Positions 1 through 10,508 of a DNA stretch of 64,000 bases are shown here, piece after piece. Below the pieces are notes generated by a model. That model had not been told where the DNA came from and ran no database searches. It saw only the letters and a list, made by a program, of their open reading frames with translations. The stretch comes from Candidatus Latescibacterota bacterium (GTDB taxonomy: Bacteria > Latescibacterota > UBA2968 > UBA8231). How positions within the stretch are numbered: position 1 is the first letter of the stretch; each line of letters starts with the position of its first letter. The position numbers and the translations under genes are program-made. The DNA is taken from positions 608,001-672,000 of the forward strand of contig CBDETK010000013.1 of assembly GCA_965242865.1 (NCBI GenBank), given 5' to 3'.

Positions 1-348
1 GAAAAGGGGGCCGGGCTTTCGGGTGGGGAGCGCCAGCGCGTCTCCATTGCCCGCGCCATCCTCCACAACCCCCGCGTCTTGATTCTCGACGAAGCGACCG
101 CCTCGGTCGATGTGGAGACCGAGTTGCAGATCCAACAGGCGATTCAGCGGCTCGTCGAGGGCCGCACCACCGTGGCCATTGCCCACCGGCTCTCGACCTT
201 GCGCCACGCCAACCGCCTGATGGTTCTCGACGACGGACGCATCGTCGAGTCCGGGACCCACGCCGCGCTCATGGAAAAGCAGGGCACCTTTTGCGAGTTG
301 GTCACCATGCAAAAAGAGGTGGCCGAGATCATCGCCATTAAGGACTAA
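1..348 (+). CDS. ABC exporter ATP-binding/permease, C-terminal part (5' end outside window)
   Basis: Frame open from window start; LSGGERQR signature, Walker B ILDEAT and IAHRLST H-loop. Confidence 0.9.
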   Translation, partial: EKGAGLSGGERQRVSIARAILHNPRVLILDEATASVDVETELQIQQAIQRLVEGRTTVAIAHRLSTLRHANRLMVLDDGRIVESGTHAALMEKQGTFCELVTMQKEVAEIIAIKD

Positions 349-359
349 CGATTAGCCCG

Positions 360-2573
360 ATGTCCACCTTTTTGGAAAATCTGCCGCACGCGGTCGAAGC
401 CAAAGTCCACTCGCGCAAGGGCCGCGAGGAAAAGGTCCTGATTCAGGTCGCCACGGACATGGCCGGCGAAGACCGCTTTGAGCAGCGCTGGTTGGTGGTA
501 ACGTCCAAGCGGCTGATGGTCCTCGCGCCCAACGGCGCGAGCAGCGACGTGGAGTTTTCCCTGCAAGCGGTCAAGTCCGCCCGCATTGAGGCCCTAGTCG
601 GCGGCGGGCGCTTGGAGCTGGAGCGCGGCGAGGGCGCGCCGACCCATCTGTACTACTCCAACTCGCTGGCCCCCAAGTTCGCCGAGGTGGCCGAGGGCAT
701 CGGCCACCTCAAACAGGGCCAAGACCTCAACCTGCCCCGCGAATTGGACCGGACGCACTGCGAGCACTGCCAGCGTCGCCTGCCCGAGATAGGCGGGATA
801 TGCCCGGTCTGCCTCGCCAAATTCGATACCTTTAAGCGCCTCATCGGCTACATGCTGCCCTATCGCTTCCAGCTAATCTCGCTGCTGGGCCTGACCGTGG
901 CATCCTCGCTGTTGGAGCTGGCGCCGCCCTATATCGTCAAGCACCTCATCGACGATGTGCTCGTGGCCGAGGCCGCCAACGTCACCATGCTCTACTATCT
1001 GGTCGGCGGCCTTTTCGCGATTGGGGTCGTCGAGTGGGTCGTCGGCGTGGTCCGCCGCTGGCTCAACACCCGAGTAGGCTTCCGCGCCATCGAGCACTTG
1101 CGCTCGGACTTGTTCAAGGCACTCCAGTACCTGCCCCTGCGCTTTTACGACAAGCGCAAGGTCGGCGCCTTGATCTCCCGCATGAACAACGATTCCGAGA
1201 TGGTCGAGGATTTTCTGCTCTTTGACATGCCTTACATCGTCTCCAATGCCGCGATGATCGCCGGCATCTTGGGGCTGCTGTTCTACATGAACTGGGAGCT
1301 GACCCTCTACGTGTTGGCCCCGGTGCCGCCGATTGTCATTGGCTCGAGCCTAATCTGGAACCGCCTCCAGCGCTTTTGGGGCCGTTGGTCGGCGCGCTGG
1401 TCGCGGCTGACGACGCATCTCAACGAGTCGATCGCCGGCATCCGCGTGGTCAAGGCTTTCGCGCAAGAGCACCGCGAGTCCGAGCGCTTTGATCAGCGCA
1501 ACCACGCCCTGCGCCAAATTAGCGTCAGTGCCGAGCGGTCTTGGTTGGTTTTCTTCATGGTGACCAACTTCTTTATGAGCTTTGGCGGGTTCTTCGTGTG
1601 GTACTTCGGCGGTCGTCAGATCGTGGAGGGCGGGCTGTCGCTGGGCGAGCTGATGGCCTTTATCGCCTACCTGTGGATGCTCTACCACCCGCTCAAGTGG
1701 TTTGGCGATTTCTACAGCTTCATGGTGCGGGCCTTTGCCGGGGCCGAGCGCATCTTTGAAATCGTCGATGCGCCCTCCGAGCCGTTCGACAATCCGAGTG
1801 CCCAGCACGTCCCCGTGCTCAAGGGCCAAGTCGTTTTTGAGGGGGCGGCCTTTGGCTACGACCCGGGCAAGGTCGTCCTGCGCAACCTCGACTTGGTGGT
1901 ACAGCCGGGCGAGATGATCGGCTTGGTGGGCAAGTCCGGGGCGGGCAAGAGCACGCTGATCAACCTCATCACGCGCTTTTACGATGTCTCGCACGGCCGC
2001 CTCGCCATCGACGGGGTCGACATTCGCCAAATTCGCCTGCGCGACTTGCGCTCGCAGATCGGCTTGGTGGCGCAGCAGTCGTTTTTGTTCAACGGCACCA
2101 TTGCCGAAAACATCGCTTACGGCAAGCCCGGGGCCACCTTCGACGAGATTTTGCGTGCGGCCCGCGCGGCCAACGCGCACGAGTTCATCGTCAAACAGCC
2201 GGACGGGTACGACATGGTCGTCGGCGAGCAGGGCGACAAGCTGGCCGGCGGCGAGAAGCAGCGCATCGCGATTGCGCGGGCCATTCTCCACGATCCGCGG
2301 ATCCTGATTTTGGACGAAGCGACTTCGTCGCTCGACACGCCGACCGAGAAGAAGATCCAAGAGGCGATTCAGCGGCTGGTCCAAGGCCGCACGACCTTTG
2401 CCATTGCCCATCGGCTCTCGACCTTGCGCAGCGCGGACCGCCTCGTGGTTCTCGACGCGGGCAAAATAGCCGAGGTGGGCACGCACGAGGAGCTCATGTT
2501 GCGCGAGGGCATTTTCTACCACTTGGTACACACCCAACGCGAGACCTCGGCCGTCATGGCCACGAGCGGCTAG
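360..2573 (+). CDS. ABC exporter (TMD+NBD) with long N-terminal extension containing a CxxC..CxxC Zn ribbon
   Basis: GKSGAGKS, LAGGEKQR, ILDEATS and IAHRLST motifs; transmembrane region; CEHC...CPVC before the TMD. Confidence 0.92.
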   Translation: MSTFLENLPHAVEAKVHSRKGREEKVLIQVATDMAGEDRFEQRWLVVTSKRLMVLAPNGASSDVEFSLQAVKSARIEALVGGGRLELERGEGAPTHLYYSNSLAPKFAEVAEGIGHLKQGQDLNLPRELDRTHCEHCQRRLPEIGGICPVCLAKFDTFKRLIGYMLPYRFQLISLLGLTVASSLLELAPPYIVKHLIDDVLVAEAANVTMLYYLVGGLFAIGVVEWVVGVVRRWLNTRVGFRAIEHLRSDLFKALQYLPLRFYDKRKVGALISRMNNDSEMVEDFLLFDMPYIVSNAAMIAGILGLLFYMNWELTLYVLAPVPPIVIGSSLIWNRLQRFWGRWSARWSRLTTHLNESIAGIRVVKAFAQEHRESERFDQRNHALRQISVSAERSWLVFFMVTNFFMSFGGFFVWYFGGRQIVEGGLSLGELMAFIAYLWMLYHPLKWFGDFYSFMVRAFAGAERIFEIVDAPSEPFDNPSAQHVPVLKGQVVFEGAAFGYDPGKVVLRNLDLVVQPGEMIGLVGKSGAGKSTLINLITRFYDVSHGRLAIDGVDIRQIRLRDLRSQIGLVAQQSFLFNGTIAENIAYGKPGATFDEILRAARAANAHEFIVKQPDGYDMVVGEQGDKLAGGEKQRIAIARAILHDPRILILDEATSSLDTPTEKKIQEAIQRLVQGRTTFAIAHRLSTLRSADRLVVLDAGKIAEVGTHEELMLREGIFYHLVHTQRETSAVMATSG

Positions 2574-2587
2574 GGGAGAGCGACGCA

Positions 2588-3118
2588 ATGACAGACGACA
2601 AAAAATTAGCGATCACCCCGATTTCCGTTTCTCACCCCGAGCGCGTAGCCATCGACGAGATACGCCTCTTCCGCGAGCCGGCTTGGGTCTTGCGCTTGAC
2701 CATCGAGGGCGACCGCTCGTACCTGAAGGTAAAGGTCGTCCGCGCTGCGCCGCTTTCTCACCCGACCCGCTACATCTGCCTCCTCGACGCCAAAGACGAG
2801 GAGATCTGCATGATCGACGATCTCGATCCGCTCCATCGAGCGATGCGCGCCTTGATTGAGGAGGAGCTGGACCGCCGCTATTTGACGGCGTCCATTCAGC
2901 GGGTCAATGCGGTGCGCAACGAATACGGCACCTCGTATTGGGATGTGCAGACCGACCGCGGCTCACGCGAGTTCGTCGTCCAAAACGTGTCGGAAAACGC
3001 CCAGTGGCTCGGCGACCACCGGCTGCTGATCACCGATGTCGATGGCAACCGCTTTGAAATCCCGCACCTCAACGAGCTGGACAAAAAGAGTTTGGCCACG
3101 GTCGAGCAGGTCGTCTAA
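2588..3118 (+). CDS. DUF1854 family protein
   Basis: RAAPLSHP..YI, EEELDRRY, YWDVQTDRG and ITDVDGNRFEIP..LDKKS motifs; usual position after this ABC type. Confidence 0.8.
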   Translation: MTDDKKLAITPISVSHPERVAIDEIRLFREPAWVLRLTIEGDRSYLKVKVVRAAPLSHPTRYICLLDAKDEEICMIDDLDPLHRAMRALIEEELDRRYLTASIQRVNAVRNEYGTSYWDVQTDRGSREFVVQNVSENAQWLGDHRLLITDVDGNRFEIPHLNELDKKSLATVEQVV

Positions 3119-3268
3119 ACGCTAGGTGTTGGCGCAACGTCTCCAGCATATCCGCTCCCTATTCGATTTTGACCATTTTTACGGATTAGCCGCAGCCCCT
3201 CTCGTCCGCAATTTTCGGCAGTGGTACAGTTGGAATTTTTTAGGACGGTCGGCCCCTTTATCCGGTGC

Positions 3269-3281
3269 TTGAAATTTTCAA
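3269..3281. promoter_or_regulatory. Palindrome TTGAAA-T-TTTCAA upstream of Yip1/ABC operon, possible operator
   Basis: Perfect 6-bp inverted repeat with 1-nt spacer in an AT-richer intergenic region. Confidence 0.3.
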
Positions 3282-3400
3282 AGAGGCCCACTGCCCAGCA
3301 TGGCCCCTATTTGGAAGTGTGATAGGCAATCGTTAGTTTGATTTTATGGCCGGAATTCGCCACTCGGCAAAAACCATTTACCCAACGCAAAGGAACCGCC

Positions 3401-4126
3401 ATGGAAGCTCCCCAAGCAGCAATCAGCGTCGTCGGCCGCATGGTGCGCGTCTTCTACGCGCCGAGCGAGACCTTTGAGGCCGTAACCGAGCAGCGCACGA
3501 CCGCCGACTGGCTGGTGCCGACCGCCTTGATCGCCGCGGTGACGACCATCGCGGCCCTGCTCGTCCTGCCCATCGTCACCGGTTCCACCATAGAGTCCAT
3601 GCAGCAGCAGATGGAGGGCATGTCCGCCGAAGAGCGCGAAATGGTGGAGAAATTCCAGTCCCAAGGCGCAGCGCAGGTAGCGACCCTAATCGCCACGCCG
3701 ATTATGATGTTCGTTTATCTCTTTATCTCGGCTGGGCTTTGCCTAGTGCTGGGCAAATTGTTCGGCGGCCTACTCTCCTACGGCCAAGCCCTAGCCATAA
3801 CCGCGTATGCCGGGCTGATCACCCTTCCCCAACAAGTGCTCGGCGCCTGGCTCATCTCGGCCAAGCAGACGCCGGAAATACAGATGGGGCTAGGGCTTTT
3901 CCTCGCTGAGGAGGCACTGCACAGTTTCGGTGGCCGCTTTTTGGCCAGCGTGGATCCCTTTTTGGTTTGGTGGACGGCACTTATCGGTATCGGGCTGTCC
4001 ATCGTCGGGCAGGTAGAGCGCAGCCGGGCTTACGTTGGGGCCGTTGTGCTGTCGCTTGTTTGGATCGCTGGGTTCGCCGGGTGGGCCTCGCTCGGCGCGG
4101 CCTTCACCCCCAACTCCAACGGCTAA
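3401..4126 (+). CDS. Yip1 family membrane protein (YknW-like)
   Basis: ATG after AAGGA; FYAPSETFE..W.VP start, multiple TM helices, DPFLVWW motif; upstream of MFP and ABC genes. Confidence 0.8.
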   Translation: MEAPQAAISVVGRMVRVFYAPSETFEAVTEQRTTADWLVPTALIAAVTTIAALLVLPIVTGSTIESMQQQMEGMSAEEREMVEKFQSQGAAQVATLIATPIMMFVYLFISAGLCLVLGKLFGGLLSYGQALAITAYAGLITLPQQVLGAWLISAKQTPEIQMGLGLFLAEEALHSFGGRFLASVDPFLVWWTALIGIGLSIVGQVERSRAYVGAVVLSLVWIAGFAGWASLGAAFTPNSNG

Positions 4127-4136
4127 GTCGTTCACC

Positions 4137-5396
4137 ATGTCTTCCAAAAGCAGCAAAAAACGCCCCCTTTTGAAGCTCCTCGTCTTCTTGCTGTTGGCCG
4201 GCTTGGTCGGGGCCGCGATTTACTTCAACTTGCAGCGGGAAAAGGCCGAAGCAACCTATCCCACGGCGCTCGTCGAGCGGGGCGCGCTCGTCGATAAGCT
4301 GGCCGAAACCGGCCGCATCGAGCTGGTGCGCACCGTAGAGGTCAAATCCACCATTGCCGGCGAAATCCGCAACTTGCCCATCGAAGCCGGCGCGTGGGTG
4401 GAGGCCGGCGAGCTAATGGCCGTCATCGAGCCCGACCCCAACCAATCGCTGCAATTGTATCAGAAGCGGTCGGGCGTGGAGCAGGGCAAGATCGACTTGG
4501 CCGAGCAGGAGCGGAACTTTGAGCGTCAAAAGACGCTCTTCGACCGCAAGATGATACCGGCCAAGCAGTTTGAGGAAGCCGAGGTGCGCCTGACCCGTGC
4601 GCGCACCAGCCTGCAATTGGCCCAGCTCGAACTCGACATGCTCGAAGCCAAGGCCAACCTGCAGCGCGCCCAGCTTGCAGAAGGCCAAGTCGCGCTCGAC
4701 GAGGTGCGGGTCCTCGCCCCAATCGACGGCATCGTCATCCGGCGCAACGTGGAAATCGGCGAGGTGGTGGCCTCCGGGCTGTCGTCGTATTCCGGCGGGA
4801 CGGTCCTTTTCCAGATCGGCGACCCCAGCCAGCTCATCGTGCGCGGCGACATCGCGGAAATCGACATTGGCCGAGTGGTGATCGACCAAGACGTGGACAT
4901 TGTCGTGGATGCGTACCCCGATACCACCTATCGCGGCCGAGTGCGCTGGATCGCGCCGGTGGGCCAGCAGAAGCAGGGCAGCACCATCGTCACCTTTGAC
5001 ACCGAGATCGAGATTATCGACCACGCGCCGCGCCTGCGTCAGGGCATGTCCTGCGACATCGACATTCTCTTTGCGCGGCGCGACAGCGCGTTGTACTTGC
5101 CGGTCGAGCAGGTGCTGGAAGTCTTTGACGACGAAGCGGAGCGCTTTGTCGCGTACCGCGCCCAGTCGCCGGATTCGCTGGCCACGGCGGCGGACAGCAC
5201 TCGCCCAGACAGTGCGTTGCACCTGCCGCTGAGTGCCTTCGCCGAGGTGGAATTGGCCATCGGCATTGAGACCTCAACCCGCTTTGAAATCCTCTCCGGC
5301 CTCGCCACCGGCGACCGCGTCGCCCAAGACCCAAGCGTCATTCGCAGCCAGCTCGAGCAAAAGGACGAAGGCGAGGACGAGGACGAGGAACGCTGA
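4137..5396 (+). CDS. Efflux membrane-fusion/periplasmic adaptor protein (MacA/YknX-like)
   Basis: N-terminal TM anchor, lipoyl halves (VEVKSTIAGEI; APIDGIVI), coiled coil, LRQGMS motif. Confidence 0.88.
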   Translation: MSSKSSKKRPLLKLLVFLLLAGLVGAAIYFNLQREKAEATYPTALVERGALVDKLAETGRIELVRTVEVKSTIAGEIRNLPIEAGAWVEAGELMAVIEPDPNQSLQLYQKRSGVEQGKIDLAEQERNFERQKTLFDRKMIPAKQFEEAEVRLTRARTSLQLAQLELDMLEAKANLQRAQLAEGQVALDEVRVLAPIDGIVIRRNVEIGEVVASGLSSYSGGTVLFQIGDPSQLIVRGDIAEIDIGRVVIDQDVDIVVDAYPDTTYRGRVRWIAPVGQQKQGSTIVTFDTEIEIIDHAPRLRQGMSCDIDILFARRDSALYLPVEQVLEVFDDEAERFVAYRAQSPDSLATAADSTRPDSALHLPLSAFAEVELAIGIETSTRFEILSGLATGDRVAQDPSVIRSQLEQKDEGEDEDEER

Positions 5397-5418
5397 GTTG
5401 GCTGAATCGCCTAAAAAG

Positions 5419-6804
5419 CTAGGTCCGCGTCTCTAGCTCTAAGCGGAGCAGGGCCTGAGGCAGGAACTCAACGGGGATACCGCCCAGCTCCGGCGGCGCG
5501 CTCCGGCGGGCGAGGATGCGGCTGTTGGCGTACTTGCCTATTTGTTTGAGCACCTTGGGCCGCAACTGGCCCGTCCACTTAACTTCCACCGGCCAAAAAC
5601 GACCGTCCTTTACGTAGGCGATATCGACTTCGCCCTCGCCTTTGATATAGTACGTGGGATAGCGCCGGCCATACTGGGCAACGGCGCAGGCTTCTGCTAG
5701 GAGGGCCGTGCGCTCGGGATCGGCCAGCAAGGGGCGCACTTGGGCGGCGAAAGGATCGCGCACCTCGTGCAGCCAGCTTTGTACGGCGTGGAAAATGAAG
5801 GGATCGCAAAAGCTAATTTTGCGCGCCTTTTTCGGCGCACCGGCCAGTTTGTCCTCGCGCAAGGCCGGCTGGACGCGGAGGACATCCATAGAGGCGAGCA
5901 GGGCGATGTAGTCGCTCACCGTAGCGGGATGGTCGATGCTCAGGGTGCGGGCCAAGGCGTTATAGGTGGTCTGGGTGCCGTAGCAGCGGACAACGGCGGC
6001 CAGCACTTCGCCCAAGTAGTGCTCCTGCTTGCCTCGCTTGAGCACATCGCCGCGTATCCAGTCGCTGTACGTGGCGAAGGTGGCCGGGAGGATGCGGTCG
6101 TGGCGGGCCATATCGTTAATGGCGGTGAGAAAGCCGCCGTGGACTAGATAGGCGAGAAATTCCTCGAGCAGGACTTGCTCGGTCGCTGCAGGCAGCGGCG
6201 AGCTCGGCTCGGCTAATTGGAGCAGCTCGGGGCGGCTCAGCGAGCGCTTGAGCCCCATGGCCGCAGCAAAGCTCAGAGGATGGAGCTGAAAGTCAACGGC
6301 CGCGGCTTGCCCCCGGCGGCCGGGAAACCGCATGCGGGCCTCTTGGATGACCGCCGTGTCCGAGCCGGTCGCAATGAGCACGACGTCTTCGAGCAAGCCG
6401 GCGTCGGCGAGGTACTTGATCCCCTTGTCCCAACCGGCGATATAGGTCACTTCGTCGAGCAGGATATAGCGCCGGCCCTCGCTAGGCATGGCTCGCTGTA
6501 CGGTCGATAGCAAGCGCACGAGCGCATGGTGATCGTCGATGAGTTCGCCGGAGAAAAAGCGCAGCCGGGCCGGGTCCAAGCCGGTTGCGAGCAGGTCGGC
6601 CATCCACTGCTTGAGCAGGGTCGTTTTGCCGATCTGGCGGCCCCCGCCCACCGTGTAAATGCCCGGCTGGCGGCGCGGCAGGCGGTCGAGGAGGGGAAAG
6701 CGATAGATTAGCGGCTGAGCGCGCAGGCGTCTGAGGTGCGGGTCCAAGTCGGGAAAGGCGCCGTCGAGGTGGGTATTGTGGATTTGGAACTCTTCTAAGT
6801 TCAT
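5419..6804 (-). CDS. AAA_14/DUF4143-type ATPase with C-terminal PD-(D/E)xK-like domain
   Basis: Walker A GGRQIGKTT, Walker B LLDEV, ATGS, GGF motif, C-terminal EVD...PVEVKW. Confidence 0.85.
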   Translation of the reverse strand: MNLEEFQIHNTHLDGAFPDLDPHLRRLRAQPLIYRFPLLDRLPRRQPGIYTVGGGRQIGKTTLLKQWMADLLATGLDPARLRFFSGELIDDHHALVRLLSTVQRAMPSEGRRYILLDEVTYIAGWDKGIKYLADAGLLEDVVLIATGSDTAVIQEARMRFPGRRGQAAAVDFQLHPLSFAAAMGLKRSLSRPELLQLAEPSSPLPAATEQVLLEEFLAYLVHGGFLTAINDMARHDRILPATFATYSDWIRGDVLKRGKQEHYLGEVLAAVVRCYGTQTTYNALARTLSIDHPATVSDYIALLASMDVLRVQPALREDKLAGAPKKARKISFCDPFIFHAVQSWLHEVRDPFAAQVRPLLADPERTALLAEACAVAQYGRRYPTYYIKGEGEVDIAYVKDGRFWPVEVKWTGQLRPKVLKQIGKYANSRILARRSAPPELGGIPVEFLPQALLRLELETRT

Positions 6805-6998
6805 TAAGAATCTATGGTTACGTCTATTGTAAAAATTTAGTCAATCGGCTCTGAATAAACTTAGTCAACGCAAATCTATGGCGCAATTTTGCACTTTTGG
6901 CACGAGCGCCCCTGGGCGAATCAGCCGCCCCAAACTTGGGATTGTGATTCGTCTAACTTATCTTTACCGCCTCAATTGCTGCATAACGAAAGACGCCG

Positions 6999-8228
6999 AT
7001 GACCCTTCTCGAACCCCTGTTCGCTGGCTTGGGCCAGCTCCGGGCACACAAGCTGCGCTCGCTGCTGACGCTGTTGGGCATTGTCATTGGCGTGGCGGCC
7101 ATCATTGCCGTGGTGTCGCTCGGCGAGGGGCTGCGGCGTCAAGTGATCTCCCAGTTCGTTTTTAGCGGCGGCGCGGGCATGATCCGGGTGGAGCCGCCGC
7201 GCCAGTGGGTGCGCAAGGATGGCCGCTGGGTCCGCCGCCCTTGGCAGGAGTACCTGACCGAGGCCGACTTGGCGGCCATGCAGCGAGAAATCGACGAGCT
7301 GCACGCCCTCGTGCCCGAGATCCACGGCAATGCTGCGCTGTCGCACGGCAAGACCACCGTGCAGGCGAGCTATACCGGTACTTCGGCTGCGTTCAACGAG
7401 GGCTTCAACTGGCCCTTGGCCCGCGGCCGCTCCCTGAGCGCGTTGGACTTGCGTCTCGCCCGCAAGGTCTGCCTGCTCGGCCACGACGTGCGTACAGACC
7501 TCTTTCAGGAAGCCGAGCCGCTGGGCGCGGAGATCAAGCTCAACGGCGACCGCTACGTGGTCGTGGGGGTGCTCGCCGAGCGCGTCCGCTTTGGCCAAAG
7601 CGAGGGCAATCGCGTGTTGGTCCCGTACACCACGGCGCAAAAGCGGCTCAACGGCGTGGATCACTTCTCTGGGCTGACGCTTTTCGTCGAGGATTTGACG
7701 GCTGTCGAGCGGGTCGTCCATGCGGTGCGCCGCGTTCTCCGGCGCCACCACGAGCACGGCGACGCCTTTGAGGTGGAAGCCAGCCAAGGGCAAATCGACC
7801 GCGCCAACGAGTTCTTCCGCGTCCTGCAGCAAGTGGGCGGTGGGATTGCCGGGATTTCCCTGCTGGTCGGCGGCATTGGCATTATGAACATCCTGCTGGT
7901 ATCGGTGGCCGAGCGCACCCGCGAGATTGGCATCCGCAAGGCCCTCGGCGCCAAGCCGCGCCACATCCTCGGCCAGTTCCTCGCCGAGGCCGTCGTCTTG
8001 AGCCTAGTCGGCGGTCTGCTGGGCATCCTCAGCGGCTTGGGGTTGGGCTTGGGAGCGGCCTTCGTTATTCAGCAACTCGCGCCCGGCGCGCCTTTTACCA
8101 GCATTGTCGCGGCTGAGTCCGTGCTCTGGGCCGTTGGCTTTTCATCGGGCGTCGGCATCTTCTTCGGCGTCTATCCCGCCTTTCGCGCGGCCCGGCTCGA
8201 TCCGGTAGAGGCGTTGCGTCGCACGTGA
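6999..8228 (+). CDS. MacB/FtsX-like ABC permease
   Basis: [58 protein letters not shown]. Confidence 0.93.
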   Translation: MTLLEPLFAGLGQLRAHKLRSLLTLLGIVIGVAAIIAVVSLGEGLRRQVISQFVFSGGAGMIRVEPPRQWVRKDGRWVRRPWQEYLTEADLAAMQREIDELHALVPEIHGNAALSHGKTTVQASYTGTSAAFNEGFNWPLARGRSLSALDLRLARKVCLLGHDVRTDLFQEAEPLGAEIKLNGDRYVVVGVLAERVRFGQSEGNRVLVPYTTAQKRLNGVDHFSGLTLFVEDLTAVERVVHAVRRVLRRHHEHGDAFEVEASQGQIDRANEFFRVLQQVGGGIAGISLLVGGIGIMNILLVSVAERTREIGIRKALGAKPRHILGQFLAEAVVLSLVGGLLGILSGLGLGLGAAFVIQQLAPGAPFTSIVAAESVLWAVGFSSGVGIFFGVYPAFRAARLDPVEALRRT

Positions 8229-9448
8229 TCTTCCTCGAAGCCATCCGCATTGCCCTCGGGCAAATATGGGTCAACAAGTTGCGCGCGGCCCTGACCCTGC
8301 TGGGCATGACGATTGGGGTCGGCGCGGTCGTCGGCATCGTGTCCATTGGCGAGGGGATGCGGCAGTTTGTCATCGACGAGTTCGGCAAGCTGGGCGGGGC
8401 GCAATTCGTGATGGTCTCGCCGCAATACATGCATCTCAGGGATGGCCGCTGGGTTCCCAATCCCCGCTATAAGCCCTTGACTATGGACGACCTGCACGTG
8501 GTCGAGCAAGCCTCCGACCGCTTGGCCGCGGTCCTGCCCTCTATGACGCACGGGGCCGATCTGCGCTATCGCAAGGCCAGTTACCAGAGCCGGGCGGCCG
8601 GGACCCTGCCCGAATTCGCCGCGGTGTACAATTGGCAGGTCGCCGAGGGGCGCTTCCTAATCAACGCCGACTTAGAGCAGCTGCGCCGGGTCTGCGTGAT
8701 TGGGAAAAAGGTGCGCGAGGAGGTGTTTGGCTTGGCCCCCTTCTTGGGCCGCGAGCTCAAGCTCAACGGCCAGCGCTTTACGGTCGTCGGCCTCATGGAG
8801 GACCGCCAGACCTTTGGCGAGGACTGGGGCGACCAAGTGCTGGTGCCGGTGACGACGGCCCAGCGCCGCCTCGCCGGCAACAAGTTCATCCAATCCTTGG
8901 TCGCCCACGCCAAGGAGCCCGAAGACGTGCCCCACCTTACCGTTGCGATTGAAGAGGCCCTCAAAAAGCACCACGGCCCGGAGGCGAGCTATCAGATCTT
9001 CAGCGGCCGCAGCATCCTAGAGCAGGTCGAGCAAACCATTTTGCTGCTGAAGTTGGTCGTGGGTGGGATTGCCGGGATTTCCCTGTTGGTCGGCGGCATT
9101 GGCATTATGAACATCTTGCTGGTGTCGGTGGCCGAGCGCACCCGCGAGATCGGCATTCGCAAGGCCCTCGGCGCCAAGCCGGTGACCCTGTTGTGGCAAT
9201 TCGTGATAGAGGCGATGGCACTGAGCTTGACCGGGGGCGCGCTCGGGGTGGCGGCGGGCTACGGGTTGGGCGAGGGCATTGCGCGCGTCATTTCCCATTA
9301 CAGCGAATTGAACTTTCCTAGCATTGTCTCGCCCGAGGCCACCCTGCTGGTACTGGCCTTGTCCATCGCGATTGGTCTTTTCTTTGGCATCTACCCGGCG
9401 GCCCGCGCCTCGCGGCTCGACCCGGTGGATGCTTTGCGCTCGGAGTGA
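8225..9448 (+). CDS. MacB/FtsX-like ABC permease (paralog)
   Basis: Same MacB motifs; GTG start overlaps the previous stop. Confidence 0.93.
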   Translation: MIFLEAIRIALGQIWVNKLRAALTLLGMTIGVGAVVGIVSIGEGMRQFVIDEFGKLGGAQFVMVSPQYMHLRDGRWVPNPRYKPLTMDDLHVVEQASDRLAAVLPSMTHGADLRYRKASYQSRAAGTLPEFAAVYNWQVAEGRFLINADLEQLRRVCVIGKKVREEVFGLAPFLGRELKLNGQRFTVVGLMEDRQTFGEDWGDQVLVPVTTAQRRLAGNKFIQSLVAHAKEPEDVPHLTVAIEEALKKHHGPEASYQIFSGRSILEQVEQTILLLKLVVGGIAGISLLVGGIGIMNILLVSVAERTREIGIRKALGAKPVTLLWQFVIEAMALSLTGGALGVAAGYGLGEGIARVISHYSELNFPSIVSPEATLLVLALSIAIGLFFGIYPAARASRLDPVDALRSE

Positions 9449-9452
9449 TCTC

Positions 9453-10133
9453 GTGCTGATCGAACTGAATGGCATTAGCAAGGTGTATGTGCGCGGCACC
9501 GAAGAGGTACACGCCCTGCGGGCGGTGGATTTGGCGATTGACGCCAACGAATACGTCGCGCTGATGGGGCCTTCTGGCTCGGGGAAATCCACCCTGATGA
9601 ACATCCTCGGCTGCTTGGACTCGCCCACGGCCGGGACGTATCGCTTGGCTGGCGCGGACGTGTCGCGGATGAATGCCAACGAGTTGGCCGAAGTGCGCAA
9701 CCGCCGCGTTGGCTTCATCTTTCAGACCTTCAACCTGCTGCCGCGCGCGTCCGCGCTGCAAAACGTCGAGCTGCCGCTGATTTACAACGGCCAACGCCGC
9801 AAGGTGCGCCGCGCCCGGGCGACGCAGGCGTTAGAGCGGGTTGGTTTGGCCGACCGCATGACGCACCGGCCGACCGAGCTGTCCGGCGGCCAATGTCAGC
9901 GGGTGGCCATTGCCCGCGCCTTAGCCAACGAGCCTTCGCTGATCCTCGCGGACGAGCCGACCGGCAACCTCGACTCTCGCACCGGCGAGGAGATCATGGT
10001 GCTCTTCGACGCCTTACACGACGAGGGCAACACCGTGCTCTTGGTGACCCACGATCCCGTCATTGCCCTGCAGGCCAAGCGGCTGATCCGCATCCACGAC
10101 GGCCGCATTGCTTCGGACGAGCGGCTGGGGTAG
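9453..10133 (+). CDS. ABC transporter ATP-binding protein (MacB/LolD-like)
   Basis: [30 protein letters not shown]; GTG start after GGAG. Confidence 0.93.
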   Translation: MLIELNGISKVYVRGTEEVHALRAVDLAIDANEYVALMGPSGSGKSTLMNILGCLDSPTAGTYRLAGADVSRMNANELAEVRNRRVGFIFQTFNLLPRASALQNVELPLIYNGQRRKVRRARATQALERVGLADRMTHRPTELSGGQCQRVAIARALANEPSLILADEPTGNLDSRTGEEIMVLFDALHDEGNTVLLVTHDPVIALQAKRLIRIHDGRIASDERLG

Positions 10134-10265
10134 TGCGCTGAGGCACCGCATCGGCCGGCTCATTGACGCAACTTTCGCGTTCCACTACTCTTGCGTTATA
10201 GAGCCATCGCGGACCGCTCCCGGTCCTCGTTGGCTGCTATATTCTGCGGATACTGGAGGCTTCTA

Positions 10266-10508
10266 ATGAAGAACATCACCATCACCTTACCGGAGGATGT
10301 CGCTCGGTGGCTGCGGGTCAAGGCCGCCGAAAACGAGCGCAGCGTCTCCAAATGGCTGGCCGAGCTGCTGGAAGATATGCAGCACCAAGAAGACGAGTAC
10401 AAGGTCGCAATGGAACGCTATTTGGCGATGCAGCCACGCAAGATCAACTGGCTGGCCGGCCGCCGGCCGACACGCGAGGAATTGTATGATCGGCCCGGTC
10501 TTCGTTGA
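10266..10508 (+). CDS. RHH/CopG-type antitoxin (VapB-like)
   Basis: MKNITITLPEDVARWLRVKAA..SVS; C-terminal TREELYDR overlaps the PIN gene. Confidence 0.8.
   Translation: MKNITITLPEDVARWLRVKAAENERSVSKWLAELLEDMQHQEDEYKVAMERYLAMQPRKINWLAGRRPTREELYDRPGLR

Noticed and set aside
1350-2588. Long antisense or overlapping ORFs (e.g. 1350-2588, 6972-7964, 35835-36809, 45952-47307)
   Set aside because: Shadow frames of well-supported genes in GC-rich DNA, with no motifs of their own.
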